Part shown: positions 47,133-57,165 of the stretch, one piece after another
Layout of the letters: the number at the start of each line of letters is the position of its first letter
How positions within the stretch are numbered: the stretch's first letter is position 1
From: Candidatus Sigynarchaeum calidifontis
Lineage (GTDB): Archaea; Asgardarchaeota; Lokiarchaeia; Sigyniarchaeales; Sigyniarchaeaceae
Reading direction: 5' to 3'
NCBI GenBank assembly: GCA_030587475.2
Contig: JAUQYZ020000114.1
Span: 1 to 64,000, forward strand
Length of the DNA: 64,000 nucleotides
The notes under the pieces: model-generated
Seen by the model: only the letters and a program-made list of their open reading frames with translations
What the model was told of the DNA's origin: nothing
Databases searched by the model: none
Made by a program: the position numbers and the translations under genes

Positions 47133-48293
47133 ATGGATCCTTTCAATTTTCACGTCCCCGTTAAGTTGCATTTCGGACGCGGCCAGCTAGGTGTCCTTGG
47201 TAGCGTTGCCAAGGAACTCGGTAAAAAAGCCCTCCTGGTGACCCACCCGTGGCACGATTCACGTGGCGATCTGTTACCACAAGCTAAATCTTGCGAAGAA
47301 GCCAGGAATTTGCTTGAAAAGGAAGGTGTTGACGTGATCGTTTATGATAGGGTCCAACCAAACCCCGACGTGGTAGATATCGATGCCGGCGCAGCGATCG
47401 CGCGAGGCCACGGCACGGACATTGTCGTGGGTATGGGCGGAGGATCCGCGATGGACAGCGCCAAGGCCATCTCGCTCGTGGCATCCCTCGGCGGATCTGC
47501 GTGGGATTACCTGTTTTTCAAGAAGCCTACCATCGCCAGAGGCTTGCTCCCGGTCATCACCGTGACGACGACATCGGGCACGGGCTCGCACATGACGAAC
47601 ATTGCCGTCGTCAGCAACAGGAAAACGAGCGAAAAATACCCGATCGTGAATAGCCGGTTATACCCGGTGCATGCGATTTGCGATCCCGAGCTTATGCTGA
47701 CGATCCCTGCCCAGCCGACGGTCGAGATGGGGTTTGACGTCTTCGCGCACGCGTTCGAGAGTTATACGGCCCGAAACGCATCGCCGATAATCGACGTGCT
47801 CGCGCTCGACGCGATGCGCATCGTGTCGTCAACATTAACGCGCTTGTCCGTTAATCTCCACGACATCACTTTGCGTGAAGCCATGGCACTCGCCGACACG
47901 CTTGCCGGCATCTGCATCGCGAACGTCGGCACGACCGCGCCGCACGCCATGGGCCAGCCGATCAGTGCCATCGCACCGAGGATATCCCACGGCCTATCCC
48001 TCATGATGGTGTATCCCCCGTTCTTGAGACGATCCGCCGCCGGTGCACCGGCCAAGTTCATCGAAGTCGGGCGATTGTTCGACAGCACGATACAAGAGGA
48101 ACGTGGCGCTGCGGAGACCATCGCCTCTTGGATCCGGCAGTTCAATTTGCCTGGGCGGCTCCAGGATGCGGGCGTGGAACACGTGGACATCGATGATTTA
48201 CAGCGGCAATGCATGGTTTTCAAGAAGGTCGACAAGGGCCCAGTGAACTTGACAGCCGATGATGTCCGGTCGATGTATTCCGAAATCCTATAG
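47133..48293 (+). CDS. Iron-containing alcohol dehydrogenase
   Basis: V.PNP, GGGSAMD.AK, TTSGTGS, D.FAHAFE, PHAM and SHG metal ligands. Confidence 0.9.
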   Translation: MDPFNFHVPVKLHFGRGQLGVLGSVAKELGKKALLVTHPWHDSRGDLLPQAKSCEEARNLLEKEGVDVIVYDRVQPNPDVVDIDAGAAIARGHGTDIVVGMGGGSAMDSAKAISLVASLGGSAWDYLFFKKPTIARGLLPVITVTTTSGTGSHMTNIAVVSNRKTSEKYPIVNSRLYPVHAICDPELMLTIPAQPTVEMGFDVFAHAFESYTARNASPIIDVLALDAMRIVSSTLTRLSVNLHDITLREAMALADTLAGICIANVGTTAPHAMGQPISAIAPRISHGLSLMMVYPPFLRRSAAGAPAKFIEVGRLFDSTIQEERGAAETIASWIRQFNLPGRLQDAGVEHVDIDDLQRQCMVFKKVDKGPVNLTADDVRSMYSEIL

Positions 48294-48421
48294 ACGCTCC
48301 TCGACTTTAATCAATGTTAAAGGACAGACGTCCATTACGTCCGGATGCTTAATTAGTGCTGAGTGCGATCTAACCAATATCGAAGTGCTCGACCGGCTCG
48401 CACTACATGACCGACTGGTGA

Positions 48422-49168
48422 TTGCTAACGGGAAAGAAAAAGACCACGACCGAAAAGACGCCCAAGGACGCGGGTCTCGAACCCGCGATGCCTAGATCAA
48501 CTGCTTCAAGGAAAAAAGCCAGCGGAAAGGCGGCCAAGACCAGGAAGGCCGATCTGGATGCGAAAAGCCTTGTTGAAATGGTCGAGCCGGAATCATCGGA
48601 CTACAGTTACTTCGAGAACATCCAGCTCACCATCGACAAGAAAAAATACTTCGAGCGGCCGATCGCCACGAAGGAAGAGCTCCAGGAAATCCGGGACAAG
48701 ATGGAGGCGGATGTAAAGGTCGTCAAGGAACTCATGGCTCGATTGGAGGGATATTTGCGGAGCCGGGTCGACGCTATTAGCATAAATGCCAGGCAATTCG
48801 AGATCATGATCCCGATCGATTACATGTCGCTCAAGTTCACGACCATCCTGAGCGTCCACCCGCAATGGGTGTTCATCAAGTGCAAGCTCATGGACCTCGA
48901 AGACATGCCGGATAAAGTGCGCCACGAGCTGTACGAACGCATTCTCGTGGCGAATTTCGAGCTCAACGCCGTGTTCTATTCCGTGGATCCAGACTTGTCG
49001 GCGGTCTGGGTCGAGAACGACATCGCCACCACGTGCTTGGATATGAAGGTCTTCGAGATCGAGTTCAACGCGATTATCTTCGGCATCCGGTACTTTGTCG
49101 ACTCGATCGCGCTGCCATTGAACCAAGAAATGAAGAGCACGTTCGATTCGACGAGCATGTACACGTGA
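48422..49168 (+). CDS. Protein with Lys-rich N-terminus and YbjN/CesT (T3SS-chaperone-like) C-terminal domain
   Basis: WV.I.C.L...LYERIL.ANF....FYS.D....VWV..D pattern. Start uncertain (TTG 48422 or ATG 48488). Confidence 0.5.
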   Translation: MLTGKKKTTTEKTPKDAGLEPAMPRSTASRKKASGKAAKTRKADLDAKSLVEMVEPESSDYSYFENIQLTIDKKKYFERPIATKEELQEIRDKMEADVKVVKELMARLEGYLRSRVDAISINARQFEIMIPIDYMSLKFTTILSVHPQWVFIKCKLMDLEDMPDKVRHELYERILVANFELNAVFYSVDPDLSAVWVENDIATTCLDMKVFEIEFNAIIFGIRYFVDSIALPLNQEMKSTFDSTSMYT

Positions 49169-49203
49169 TAATCTTACACTTGCTTTTATAGGTGATTGGA
49201 TCA

Positions 49204-50076
49204 ATGCTCAAGATAGACATCTCAAAATGCACGAAATGCGGTAGTTGTGCCCGCGCGTGCCCGGGTTACGTGATTGAAATCGAGGATGGCGGGGCAGTTG
49301 ATAAATATCCAGAGGATTGCATCGATTGCGGTCATTGCGTGGCGGTGTGCCCCGTGAATGCCATCATCAACGAGCGGATGGACCCGGCCGGATTCCCGGC
49401 CATCGAGGATCCCGGGATCACGATCGATGCCTTCAACCACCTCGCCCGGAACCGCCGCAGCACGCGCCGGTTCAAGAAGGAGCCCGTTTCACGAGCGGAC
49501 ATGGAAAAAATCCTCGAGTCCGTTCGCTATGCTCCTACCGGCCAGAACGCGCAAGAACTCGAGTACCTCGTCATCGACGACCCCGCCCGCATCGCCATGA
49601 TCCGGGAGGCCATGGCGCGGGTGTTCAAGATGCTGCAATCCTTGTTGAAATACCTCTACGGCATCGTCGTGCTCTGGCTGGGCAAAAAGGAGGCGCGGAG
49701 CTACAAGTCTTCCCTTGCACGAACCCTGGCAAAATGGGCGGAGGGAAAGGACGCGGGCGAGGATCCTTTCCTCAGGACCGCGCCGACCCTTCTCATCATC
49801 CATTCGGGGCAGAAAACCTTCATGGCCAAGACCGACGCCGGCATCGCGGGATACCATGCCATGCTCGCGGCGGAAACGCTCGGCATCGGCACCGTATGGT
49901 TGGGCTTTCACCAGGTCTTCTGCGGCATGATGGGATCCATGCGAAAGGTCTCGCTCGTTCCTAAAAAGCACGTGGTACTCGCGAGCATCGGTCTCGGGTA
50001 TCCAGCGATCAAGTACAAGCGGAACGTGTACCGTCGACCCGTGAAATCGAGGATCGTCGGTTCCGAGGAGCCGTGA
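49204..50076 (+). CDS. Nitroreductase with N-terminal 2x[4Fe-4S] ferredoxin domain
   Basis: CTKCGSCARACP and CIDCGHCVAVCP; RRSTRRF, APTG.N.Q, GIGT.W.G and LGYP. Confidence 0.92.
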   Translation: MLKIDISKCTKCGSCARACPGYVIEIEDGGAVDKYPEDCIDCGHCVAVCPVNAIINERMDPAGFPAIEDPGITIDAFNHLARNRRSTRRFKKEPVSRADMEKILESVRYAPTGQNAQELEYLVIDDPARIAMIREAMARVFKMLQSLLKYLYGIVVLWLGKKEARSYKSSLARTLAKWAEGKDAGEDPFLRTAPTLLIIHSGQKTFMAKTDAGIAGYHAMLAAETLGIGTVWLGFHQVFCGMMGSMRKVSLVPKKHVVLASIGLGYPAIKYKRNVYRRPVKSRIVGSEEP

Positions 50077-50129
50077 TACCTTTAAAGGATCTGCCCGCGA
50101 GTACCACTCGCTGCAAGCTGGTGAAACCG

Positions 50130-50375
50130 ATGTCGGATGACAACGATGATAAAGGCGGAAAACAGATGGCCGCCTTCATGATCAAGAAAGGCGATTATCT
50201 CTGCACGCTCGCCCAGACGCACTCGCAAGGCATGGAATACGACAAGGCCAAAGCGTTATACGTTCAAGCCGCGGGCTGGTACAAGAAAGCAGGCGCGATC
50301 GACAAGCTGAACGAGGCCATCACGAAGGCCAAGGAAGAGGAACAGAAGCTCAAACAAGCCCAACCGCAGGAATAA
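50130..50375 (+). CDS. Small helical TPR/SNAP-like protein
   Basis: 81 aa; YDKAKALY.QAA..YKKAG is a single TPR/alpha-SNAP-like helical hairpin. Confidence 0.5.
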   Translation: MSDDNDDKGGKQMAAFMIKKGDYLCTLAQTHSQGMEYDKAKALYVQAAGWYKKAGAIDKLNEAITKAKEEEQKLKQAQPQE

Positions 50376-50433
50376 TTACTTGTTTTCACCAAGAACAATG
50401 AGCTGAAACGACTTTCTCTAGTGGAATGCAGTT

Positions 50434-50506
50434 AACTCTATCGAGAGTCGATAGAGTCTCTATCGAGATAACTCTATCGAGTTACTCTTTCTCTTGCGAA
50501 TTCGCA
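50434..50506. repeat. Cluster of CTCTATCGA repeats with a perfect hairpin and a 12-bp palindrome
   Basis: ACTCTATCGA-GAG-TCGATAGAGT (50435-50457); further CTCTATCGAG copies at 50458 and 50472; TGCGAATTCGCA at 50495-50506. Confidence 0.8.
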
Positions 50507-50595
50507 CTAAATCCAACAATAATAAGCCCCGTAGAAACAAGCCTGGTAAAAAAGCCAAGGTAGGAACTCCAGAAGCGTAAGGTTTCTCACCTCTT

Positions 50596-51792
50596 CTATT
50601 TTTCTTTTTTTTCCGCTGCGAGCAAGTAGGCCGACACGGCTTGGATGAAAAAGATCGTGCCAAGATCACGGATGTGGTACGGGTTCCGGTCGGACCCGTC
50701 GGGCGGTAAGACTTTTTCCAGGATCGCCCCGAGCAAGTTCTCGTCCTCGGGGAACCGGAACTGGAGGCTCGTGCAATAATTCAAGCACGTTTCGATGGCC
50801 TTGTCATACCCTTCCATCCCCGTGGCCTCCTTCAACCGCAGCCAGAGGAGCACCGCGCACGCCGTGCCGCTCGTCGCGTGGCCGAACGACGGCGTGTTGA
50901 AGTCGACGAACGTGTCGCGCATCATTCCACCATCTTTCCTGATGGCCCGGGCATACCATTCGGCCGCACGTTTCGCTATGGCAAGGTACTTCGGGTCATT
51001 GAACGATTCGTACGCGTCGATGAACGGCATGCCCCACCAATACGCGTGCCGCGGGTGGATGTAGCCGCCGGTTATGCTGGCTGGCTTGAACGAGATCCAG
51101 TTCCCGGGGGGGTCTTCGGCATCGATCAAGCAGTCGCACGTCTCGATGAAGATGCGCTTGAAATCCTCCCGGCCTGTGAGTTTCCAGCCCTTGAGGAACA
51201 TCGCATCGTCGAGCAATGGCCTGCCGCCAGTGCCGTAGAAATTATCCGTGCTCTTCTTCTCGGGATCGTACGCGTCGACGAACAATCCCTGGCCGGGGAG
51301 GTAGAGCTTCCTGGCGACGAAATCGAGAGCCCCGATGACCCGGTCGCGAAAGCTTTGGTTTCCGGTAGCGTCGGCGAGGTGCAGCAAGCCATCGCAAGTT
51401 TCCAGGATCGCGGAGGTGTTCACGAGATGGCCGTAATCCTCGTATGCGAGGATCAGCCCGTGATTTTCGTCCTTTTCGTCCCAGACTTGATTCACGAGTA
51501 AAAAATTGGCGCCCTCGATGGCAGCGTCGAGTACTTTCTCGCGATCCTCGAGCCCGGGAACTCGAGAAGCCATGACCAGGGCCTTGATTGCTTGTCCCGT
51601 GTGCCAGCATGGAGCGAAAAAGTCCCACGTCTTGTTGGCGACGCTATACTCGCCCCGGATGGCCCCTTTCCAACAAGCGTGCTTGTGGTTGGCGGAATCG
51701 CGCTCGATGGTCAGCTTTTCGGTCTTGACTTGCGCCACGTCCGTGAGCCAATGCACGGCGAGCTTTAAAGCATATTTCAGCGTGTCGATCAT
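50596..51792 (-). CDS. (alpha/alpha)6-barrel protein (six-hairpin glycosidase / AGE epimerase-like)
   Basis: Repeated helical hairpins of the type L...TG...F/Y...A...A.FL/W; WHTGQ and HPRHAYWW. No signal peptide. Confidence 0.6.
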   Translation of the reverse strand: MIDTLKYALKLAVHWLTDVAQVKTEKLTIERDSANHKHACWKGAIRGEYSVANKTWDFFAPCWHTGQAIKALVMASRVPGLEDREKVLDAAIEGANFLLVNQVWDEKDENHGLILAYEDYGHLVNTSAILETCDGLLHLADATGNQSFRDRVIGALDFVARKLYLPGQGLFVDAYDPEKKSTDNFYGTGGRPLLDDAMFLKGWKLTGREDFKRIFIETCDCLIDAEDPPGNWISFKPASITGGYIHPRHAYWWGMPFIDAYESFNDPKYLAIAKRAAEWYARAIRKDGGMMRDTFVDFNTPSFGHATSGTACAVLLWLRLKEATGMEGYDKAIETCLNYCTSLQFRFPEDENLLGAILEKVLPPDGSDRNPYHIRDLGTIFFIQAVSAYLLAAEKKEK

Positions 51793-51954
51793 GAAATCAT
51801 CGCATGAATGAAATCGTTAATGAATGAAAAACTTCTCATTTCGCCTTGCTGCGCGCATGCTCGTGCCACGAATGTTCCAAAAATATACCATGTGCTTATT
51901 TTTTCTCGGAGAAATGGACAATGCATATTAACAGCCTTCCGCGTGAATCCCTTC

Positions 51955-53535
51955 ATGAGAATCAGATCGAGAAAGAAGATACACTTGCATCGAATCGGTG
52001 CCCTCGTGGCATTCCTCATCCCCGTTGCCACGCTTGGCACGATTGTTGGCCAAGTCGTCAACATTTTTAATGAAATACCGAGTTTCGGCACTGACGAGAG
52101 GTTACGGCCCGATCCATCAACGTTTATCGTCGCGAACTACAGCCGGCTCGCAGAAATGGCGGATTTTTACGATTATCGGTATGAACAATTTCACATCCCG
52201 CTGAACTTCACGGTCGGGACGACGTTCACGAGCCCCAGCTTGACAACCGTCTCCTCCTACAGGTTCTCGGACAACGGGGCGCTCTGGACCGGCTCGGCGC
52301 TGGTCGGATTCGTGGGAAAATATGTTGCAGCGAAAAACGAGAACAATGCGGCCATGAAAGCGAATGCGACCCGGGTCATACGGAAGCTGGTCGACGGGAT
52401 GGCCATGATGCTCGCGGTGCCGAATGGCGGCCTTGGCAGCAATTATGGTGCCATCGTCGCGCGTTCATGGTGCCCTCCGCAGAACAAGACGAACATTCCT
52501 GGCGTCCAATACCTCTTCGACATGAACCACCCGAAATACTTCAACGGAACAGGACCATACAGCCAATATCGATGGTCGGATTACTCTAGCAATGACGAGT
52601 ACGCTGGTTACTACACGGGCATCGCCATCGCGTTCAAATACCTCGACGAGGCCGACGCTCCCGACGTGTACGCCAAGCTGAAACTCATCATCGACCAACT
52701 CTGCGCGGGGATGCTCCGATCGAACTTTCTCGGCATCGGGGGTTTCGGCGGGCCCACCGGCGTGGATCAAAAGATGCGCATGTTCAACGGCGCGTCTTGG
52801 TCGCTCCTCGTCTTGAAGATGGGGGCGCTTGCATTCCCGGAGAAGTACGCGTCGATCTATTACAACTTTGCCTTGGAGAACATGAACGCGTATTTCGGCA
52901 GCAAGGAAGGCGGGATCCAGGAAATCGTGGCGAATTACTACGCGTATAACTTTGGCATCGACGTGTGTTTCGCATTGCTCATGCTCGAAGAAGACCCCGT
53001 GCTGCTTGCCCGGTACACCAAAAATCTCGAGGATTCGATCTGGTATTGCGTTCGCTACCACCGCAATCCATATTTCAATGCAATCTATCTCGCTGTACAA
53101 CGTGCTACCCACGGAGACGGCCGGTTCGAGTCCATCGAGCGTGATGTCGAGGACCAGCTCATGGAATTCGATATCAACCACTTCCCCGACGTTTACAAGG
53201 GCGTGATTGCGCCTCCAACTACAGGGCCAAATGCATACAAGATAGTCGACTTCTCCAAGTACAAGGCCTTCTTCACGAACAACACGATCGGGGTGCTCTT
53301 CGCGCCTCTGTTCGAGGAATTCGAATTGGAAGGCACTTTCTACGATCGTCCCCTCACGGTTAAAATGAAAGACTCTTCTATATATATGTGGGACAGAAAT
53401 CCTTTTGAACCAGCATGGAACGTCGTGCAATTGAATCGCGAGGAACCAGGCTCTAGTTTCGCCGTGCCGTACTGGATCATGCGCGGGTTCTGCCGGATGC
53501 CGAGCACGGGGGTGAGGTCTCCATGGACCGGCTAG
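51955..53535 (+). CDS. Membrane-anchored or secreted helical-barrel protein (putative glycosidase-like)
   Basis: Basic N-terminus plus TM; SDNGALWTG, SSNDEYAG and Y..YNF; C-terminal PYW..R. Confidence 0.55.
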   Translation: MRIRSRKKIHLHRIGALVAFLIPVATLGTIVGQVVNIFNEIPSFGTDERLRPDPSTFIVANYSRLAEMADFYDYRYEQFHIPLNFTVGTTFTSPSLTTVSSYRFSDNGALWTGSALVGFVGKYVAAKNENNAAMKANATRVIRKLVDGMAMMLAVPNGGLGSNYGAIVARSWCPPQNKTNIPGVQYLFDMNHPKYFNGTGPYSQYRWSDYSSNDEYAGYYTGIAIAFKYLDEADAPDVYAKLKLIIDQLCAGMLRSNFLGIGGFGGPTGVDQKMRMFNGASWSLLVLKMGALAFPEKYASIYYNFALENMNAYFGSKEGGIQEIVANYYAYNFGIDVCFALLMLEEDPVLLARYTKNLEDSIWYCVRYHRNPYFNAIYLAVQRATHGDGRFESIERDVEDQLMEFDINHFPDVYKGVIAPPTTGPNAYKIVDFSKYKAFFTNNTIGVLFAPLFEEFELEGTFYDRPLTVKMKDSSIYMWDRNPFEPAWNVVQLNREEPGSSFAVPYWIMRGFCRMPSTGVRSPWTG

Positions 53536-55202
53536 ACCTTGCAAAGCGCATCGCCGGGCTGGGCATCGGCGCGGTTCTCATCGGCATATCTGTGGAACTG
53601 CTACTTTCTGGCATTCGCATCCCCGGCGCGTATTTCGAGTACGAGATCTCGATGAGTGGCGACATCAAGACCTTCCAGCTCGATCTCACGATGTTCATCT
53701 ACTTCGTCGTCATGTTCGTCGGGCTAGGTGCCGTGATGGTCGCGCTGAAGCCATCCCGCATGCCACCCAGCGTGATCGTGAGCTATCCGGTCAGCCGCCT
53801 TATCGCCGGGCTCCTCCTTTTTTCGAGGGGCGTCTTTTTCCTCGTGGAATACGGGGTCGAGTTTGGCGGGTATACCGGCGTCGGAAACTGGTTGTTTCTT
53901 GGCGGATTTTCCATGTTTTTCCCGACCGGGGCCTTCCCGCTGATCGTGGGCACCATCCTCCTCATCATCAGCGCCTTCACCTTCATGAAGCTCAACATCA
54001 CCCGCACGCCCGATGCCCTGGTCATCGACGAGATGCGGTTCCCGCGATCCATGTCGGTGAAAATACCGCTCGAGGACATCCAGGCGATGCGCCTGACGAA
54101 CGGCCGGACGGGCATGCGGTTCCTCTGGGTCATTCTCTTCATCATCCCCGTGTACTTCTTGGCAGTTGATGGCTTCTCGTTCATCTACAACCCGGACTTG
54201 TACGGCATGGGTACTTGCGAGATATTCCCGTTCATGGACGGCGCGGGCGAGTGCGTTGGCCTGGCCTACTTGATCAGCGCGACCGTCCAGCTCGCGTGCA
54301 TGCTCTTGCTCGTCATCAACTCGCATTACACGATCGAGATCGTGACCAAGGACAAGTTCATCGAGATCCCGTACTACCCGATCAACTACAGGTCGCTCCA
54401 GCGGTCGAGCCTGGCCCACGTCCTCTTTGAAGACACCGGCCGGGCGCTGCCCGGCACGCCGGTTGCATCGATCAAGCAAGCGGGGGATGTAAAGCGGCTC
54501 GTGTGCGGGTTGCTGTTCGTGATCATCGGGATCGCCAGCCGGGCATTCTACTTGTGGGCAGGCGAGATGCTTCGCTTCGTGTTGCTCATCGCGGGTACCA
54601 TCATCTTCGTCGACGCGATGAAAAATGACTTGAAATTCGTGCATTCCCGCGTCCACGTGCAAGCGATCGACGAGGGGCGCGGTTACTTGCTCTCCAGCAC
54701 GGGCAAGTTCTTCAAAAACGACTTGTATTTCTGGCGTTCACGCCAGCTTTCCGAATGCATGCAGCAAGACATCGTTACGGCCAATACAACCGTGCAGCCG
54801 CGGAAGCTCAGCTCCGTGGATCACTTGCTCGTGACGGGCATCATGTTCTTCATCGGGCTCCAGGGGTTGCCGGTTGGCTTGCTGGTCCCACCAAGCATGA
54901 CGGGATTCTTGGCCGCGCGTGCCGGCCTCGTGATACTCACGTGTGCAGCCATCGCCCTGGCCATCATGCTCAATCCCGTGCAAGTGTTCAAGGTAAAGCT
55001 CGGCGATTGCAACTTCCAGGTGCCCGTGAAAATGGCGAGCATACCGGGAATGTCAGCCTTTACCAGCCTGTTCGTCAACTTCTGGCGCAAGTACAAGATG
55101 GCGTGGCAAACCCACCGCGTGCAAATGATCTGGCGCATGGCCGAGATGGCGATTGCCGCGTGCATCGGGATGGTCGTGAGCGCAATTATGCTTTTCGCTT
55201 GA
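53523..55202 (+). CDS. Polytopic membrane protein of unknown function
   Basis: About 11 TM segments with soluble beta-rich inserts (one bPH-like: LVIDE...KIPLEDIQAM); overlaps the upstream gene by 13 nt. Confidence 0.7.
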   Translation: MDRLDLAKRIAGLGIGAVLIGISVELLLSGIRIPGAYFEYEISMSGDIKTFQLDLTMFIYFVVMFVGLGAVMVALKPSRMPPSVIVSYPVSRLIAGLLLFSRGVFFLVEYGVEFGGYTGVGNWLFLGGFSMFFPTGAFPLIVGTILLIISAFTFMKLNITRTPDALVIDEMRFPRSMSVKIPLEDIQAMRLTNGRTGMRFLWVILFIIPVYFLAVDGFSFIYNPDLYGMGTCEIFPFMDGAGECVGLAYLISATVQLACMLLLVINSHYTIEIVTKDKFIEIPYYPINYRSLQRSSLAHVLFEDTGRALPGTPVASIKQAGDVKRLVCGLLFVIIGIASRAFYLWAGEMLRFVLLIAGTIIFVDAMKNDLKFVHSRVHVQAIDEGRGYLLSSTGKFFKNDLYFWRSRQLSECMQQDIVTANTTVQPRKLSSVDHLLVTGIMFFIGLQGLPVGLLVPPSMTGFLAARAGLVILTCAAIALAIMLNPVQVFKVKLGDCNFQVPVKMASIPGMSAFTSLFVNFWRKYKMAWQTHRVQMIWRMAEMAIAACIGMVVSAIMLFA

Positions 55203-55204
55203 TT

Positions 55205-56029
55205 TTACTCCCATTCTTTCTTCTCGTTTGCTCGTTGAGATTGCACCCTGGAGGGGTGCACGTATCCCATGTACGTGATGATGGACGCGGAAAACACGAG
55301 TACCGGGATCAGCGCGTCGAGTGCCGGGAGTTGCGTCAATGCTTTCAAGGCGATGCAGAGGACGACCGCTATGAGGAAAGCTCCCGACAAGCCGATCATC
55401 AAGAGCCCGATCCGCGCGTTCCTCTCCCCCGTTTTTCTCACGAGTTTGGATGCCGCCACAAGCAACCAGGTGCACAAGATGATCATCGTTACCCCGAGCA
55501 GCGCGAAGCCAAAGTAATTGAACACGCCGGGGATGATGTATAAGGAATCGAGGATCATGCTCGCGACCCCGATCCCGACGAGCAAGGCGATCACGGCATG
55601 GGAAATCTTGTGTTTTCTGCTCGAAAATGATCCCGTAAAGATCTCTTGAAGGAATAACAAGAAAAACAACATTGCCCATGCTATCATGACGAAAACAACG
55701 TTTTCAAGAGCTTGGTTGAAGTTTCGAGCGAATTCAAGGTAATTTCCGGCGGCTTCGAACAACGAACTCGTGCCGTAGAGGATGTTGTACGACGCGAGGA
55801 GCAACGCCGAATCCTTGTTGTTGGTAACGAATTTCCTGAGAAGGGCAAAACCGATGAGATACAACACGACCGCCGAGGCCAGGAGAAAAAGCGAGTTCGG
55901 CAAGGCATTCTCCGACAAGATCCACCTGGCATCCACGTCGAATCTTGTTTGTGATGCTAAAGCCACCAACCAGGATGGAATGATCGCGAGAAAGATCAAG
56001 TTGATGCAGATGTAGTACCGCCGTGTCAT
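55205..56029 (-). CDS. 7-8 TM membrane protein of unknown function
   Basis: Almost entirely hydrophobic helices with short loops; ends Y.G...P. Confidence 0.65.
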   Translation of the reverse strand: MTRRYYICINLIFLAIIPSWLVALASQTRFDVDARWILSENALPNSLFLLASAVVLYLIGFALLRKFVTNNKDSALLLASYNILYGTSSLFEAAGNYLEFARNFNQALENVVFVMIAWAMLFFLLFLQEIFTGSFSSRKHKISHAVIALLVGIGVASMILDSLYIIPGVFNYFGFALLGVTMIILCTWLLVAASKLVRKTGERNARIGLLMIGLSGAFLIAVVLCIALKALTQLPALDALIPVLVFSASIITYMGYVHPSRVQSQRANEKKEWE

Positions 56030-56104
56030 GCGTCTCGTTCTATGCTTCCCAGCATTGCATTTAAAGGTAATGATGGCACATAATTTTCCCGCGCAGCGCA
56101 GGGT

Positions 56105-57040
56105 TCATTTCTTGACTATCTTGAAGAAATTGTCCAGGTCTTGAAGGTAGTTCACTAGCTTGTCCTTATCTGCCTGGTCAAGGCCCAGCACGAAGCTTAT
56201 CTCTTCGGCAAGTTCGCGGAAGCGCTTCGCGGGTGCGGACGCAAGGTCGCCAAGGATGCCGCCCGGTATCGTCGAGGCGAGCAGCAATTGCCGGCGGCGC
56301 TCGCCAAACTTGGTGAGCTGGTTGTTCTCGATGCTGCCCCAGCCAAGGTTGAAGACGAGGGCATCTGCAGCCACTTTCTGCAAGAGGGGATCATCCGACT
56401 TGAGGTTTTCGATGAGCGGGTCGATTGCCTTGGCACACTTGATCTTGTTGAACGCGATGATGGCAGGAAAGCGAGCTTGAGTCTCTTTATCCTTGAGGGC
56501 ATCGACGAGAGTGTCGATGACTCGCGAGTCGTTTTCGAAGGCTTGCAGCGAGGGCAAGACCGAGAGCCGCACCTTCACGTCGGGTGACCTTGCTTTCTTG
56601 ATCAGCGCGTCGACCGATCGCGCGTCCCCTATCTTCGCGAGCGCGTTGGCCGCTTTCTCGCGCACGCTGAACGACTCGTCATCGAGCGCCGCGACCAGCT
56701 CGACGAACGTCTTCTTGTCCTTGATCTGGCCAAGTGCATATGCAGCGCTCTCCCTGATCATTGGATTGTCATCGTTCAAGTGCGCGGCGAGATGGTGGAT
56801 CGAGTGCTTGCTGCCGAACACGCCAAGCGTGATGATGGCCTCGTTTTTAACGTCCCACTCGTCGGGATCCACGGTTTGCTCGAGCACGGCTTCTAAGAGC
56901 CGGATGGCCTTGCGCTCGTTCAAGTTCAAGTCGCGGATCTCCTTGATGGCGGCTATCTTGACTTCTTTCTTCTTGTGCTGTAGCATCCGCTCGTATTTTT
57001 TCAAGCCTTTCGATTCGTCGCGGGATTCCTCTTCGGCCAT
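56105..57040 (-). CDS. HEAT/PBS-lyase repeat protein
   Basis: Repeats of L.D....VR..AA.ALG.IG. Start taken at MAEEES; the longer ORF extension overlaps the next gene. Confidence 0.85.
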   Translation of the reverse strand: MAEEESRDESKGLKKYERMLQHKKKEVKIAAIKEIRDLNLNERKAIRLLEAVLEQTVDPDEWDVKNEAIITLGVFGSKHSIHHLAAHLNDDNPMIRESAAYALGQIKDKKTFVELVAALDDESFSVREKAANALAKIGDARSVDALIKKARSPDVKVRLSVLPSLQAFENDSRVIDTLVDALKDKETQARFPAIIAFNKIKCAKAIDPLIENLKSDDPLLQKVAADALVFNLGWGSIENNQLTKFGERRRQLLLASTIPGGILGDLASAPAKRFRELAEEISFVLGLDQADKDKLVNYLQDLDNFFKIVKK

Positions 57041-57165
57041 GGCGAGTATCCTTGGTGAGGGATGATAAAGAGATGATAGGATAAGTACTAGTGGCGTTTC
57101 ACACTTATTTCGATTTCTACACACGGTGATAGCAAAGCTCGCGGGGTTCAAGCGATAAACAAGTT

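Noticed and set aside
50434-50490. CRISPR array interpretation of the short repeats
   Set aside because: The repeats are only 9-12 bp with 0-4 bp between copies, there are no spacer-length unique sequences, and no cas genes are present.
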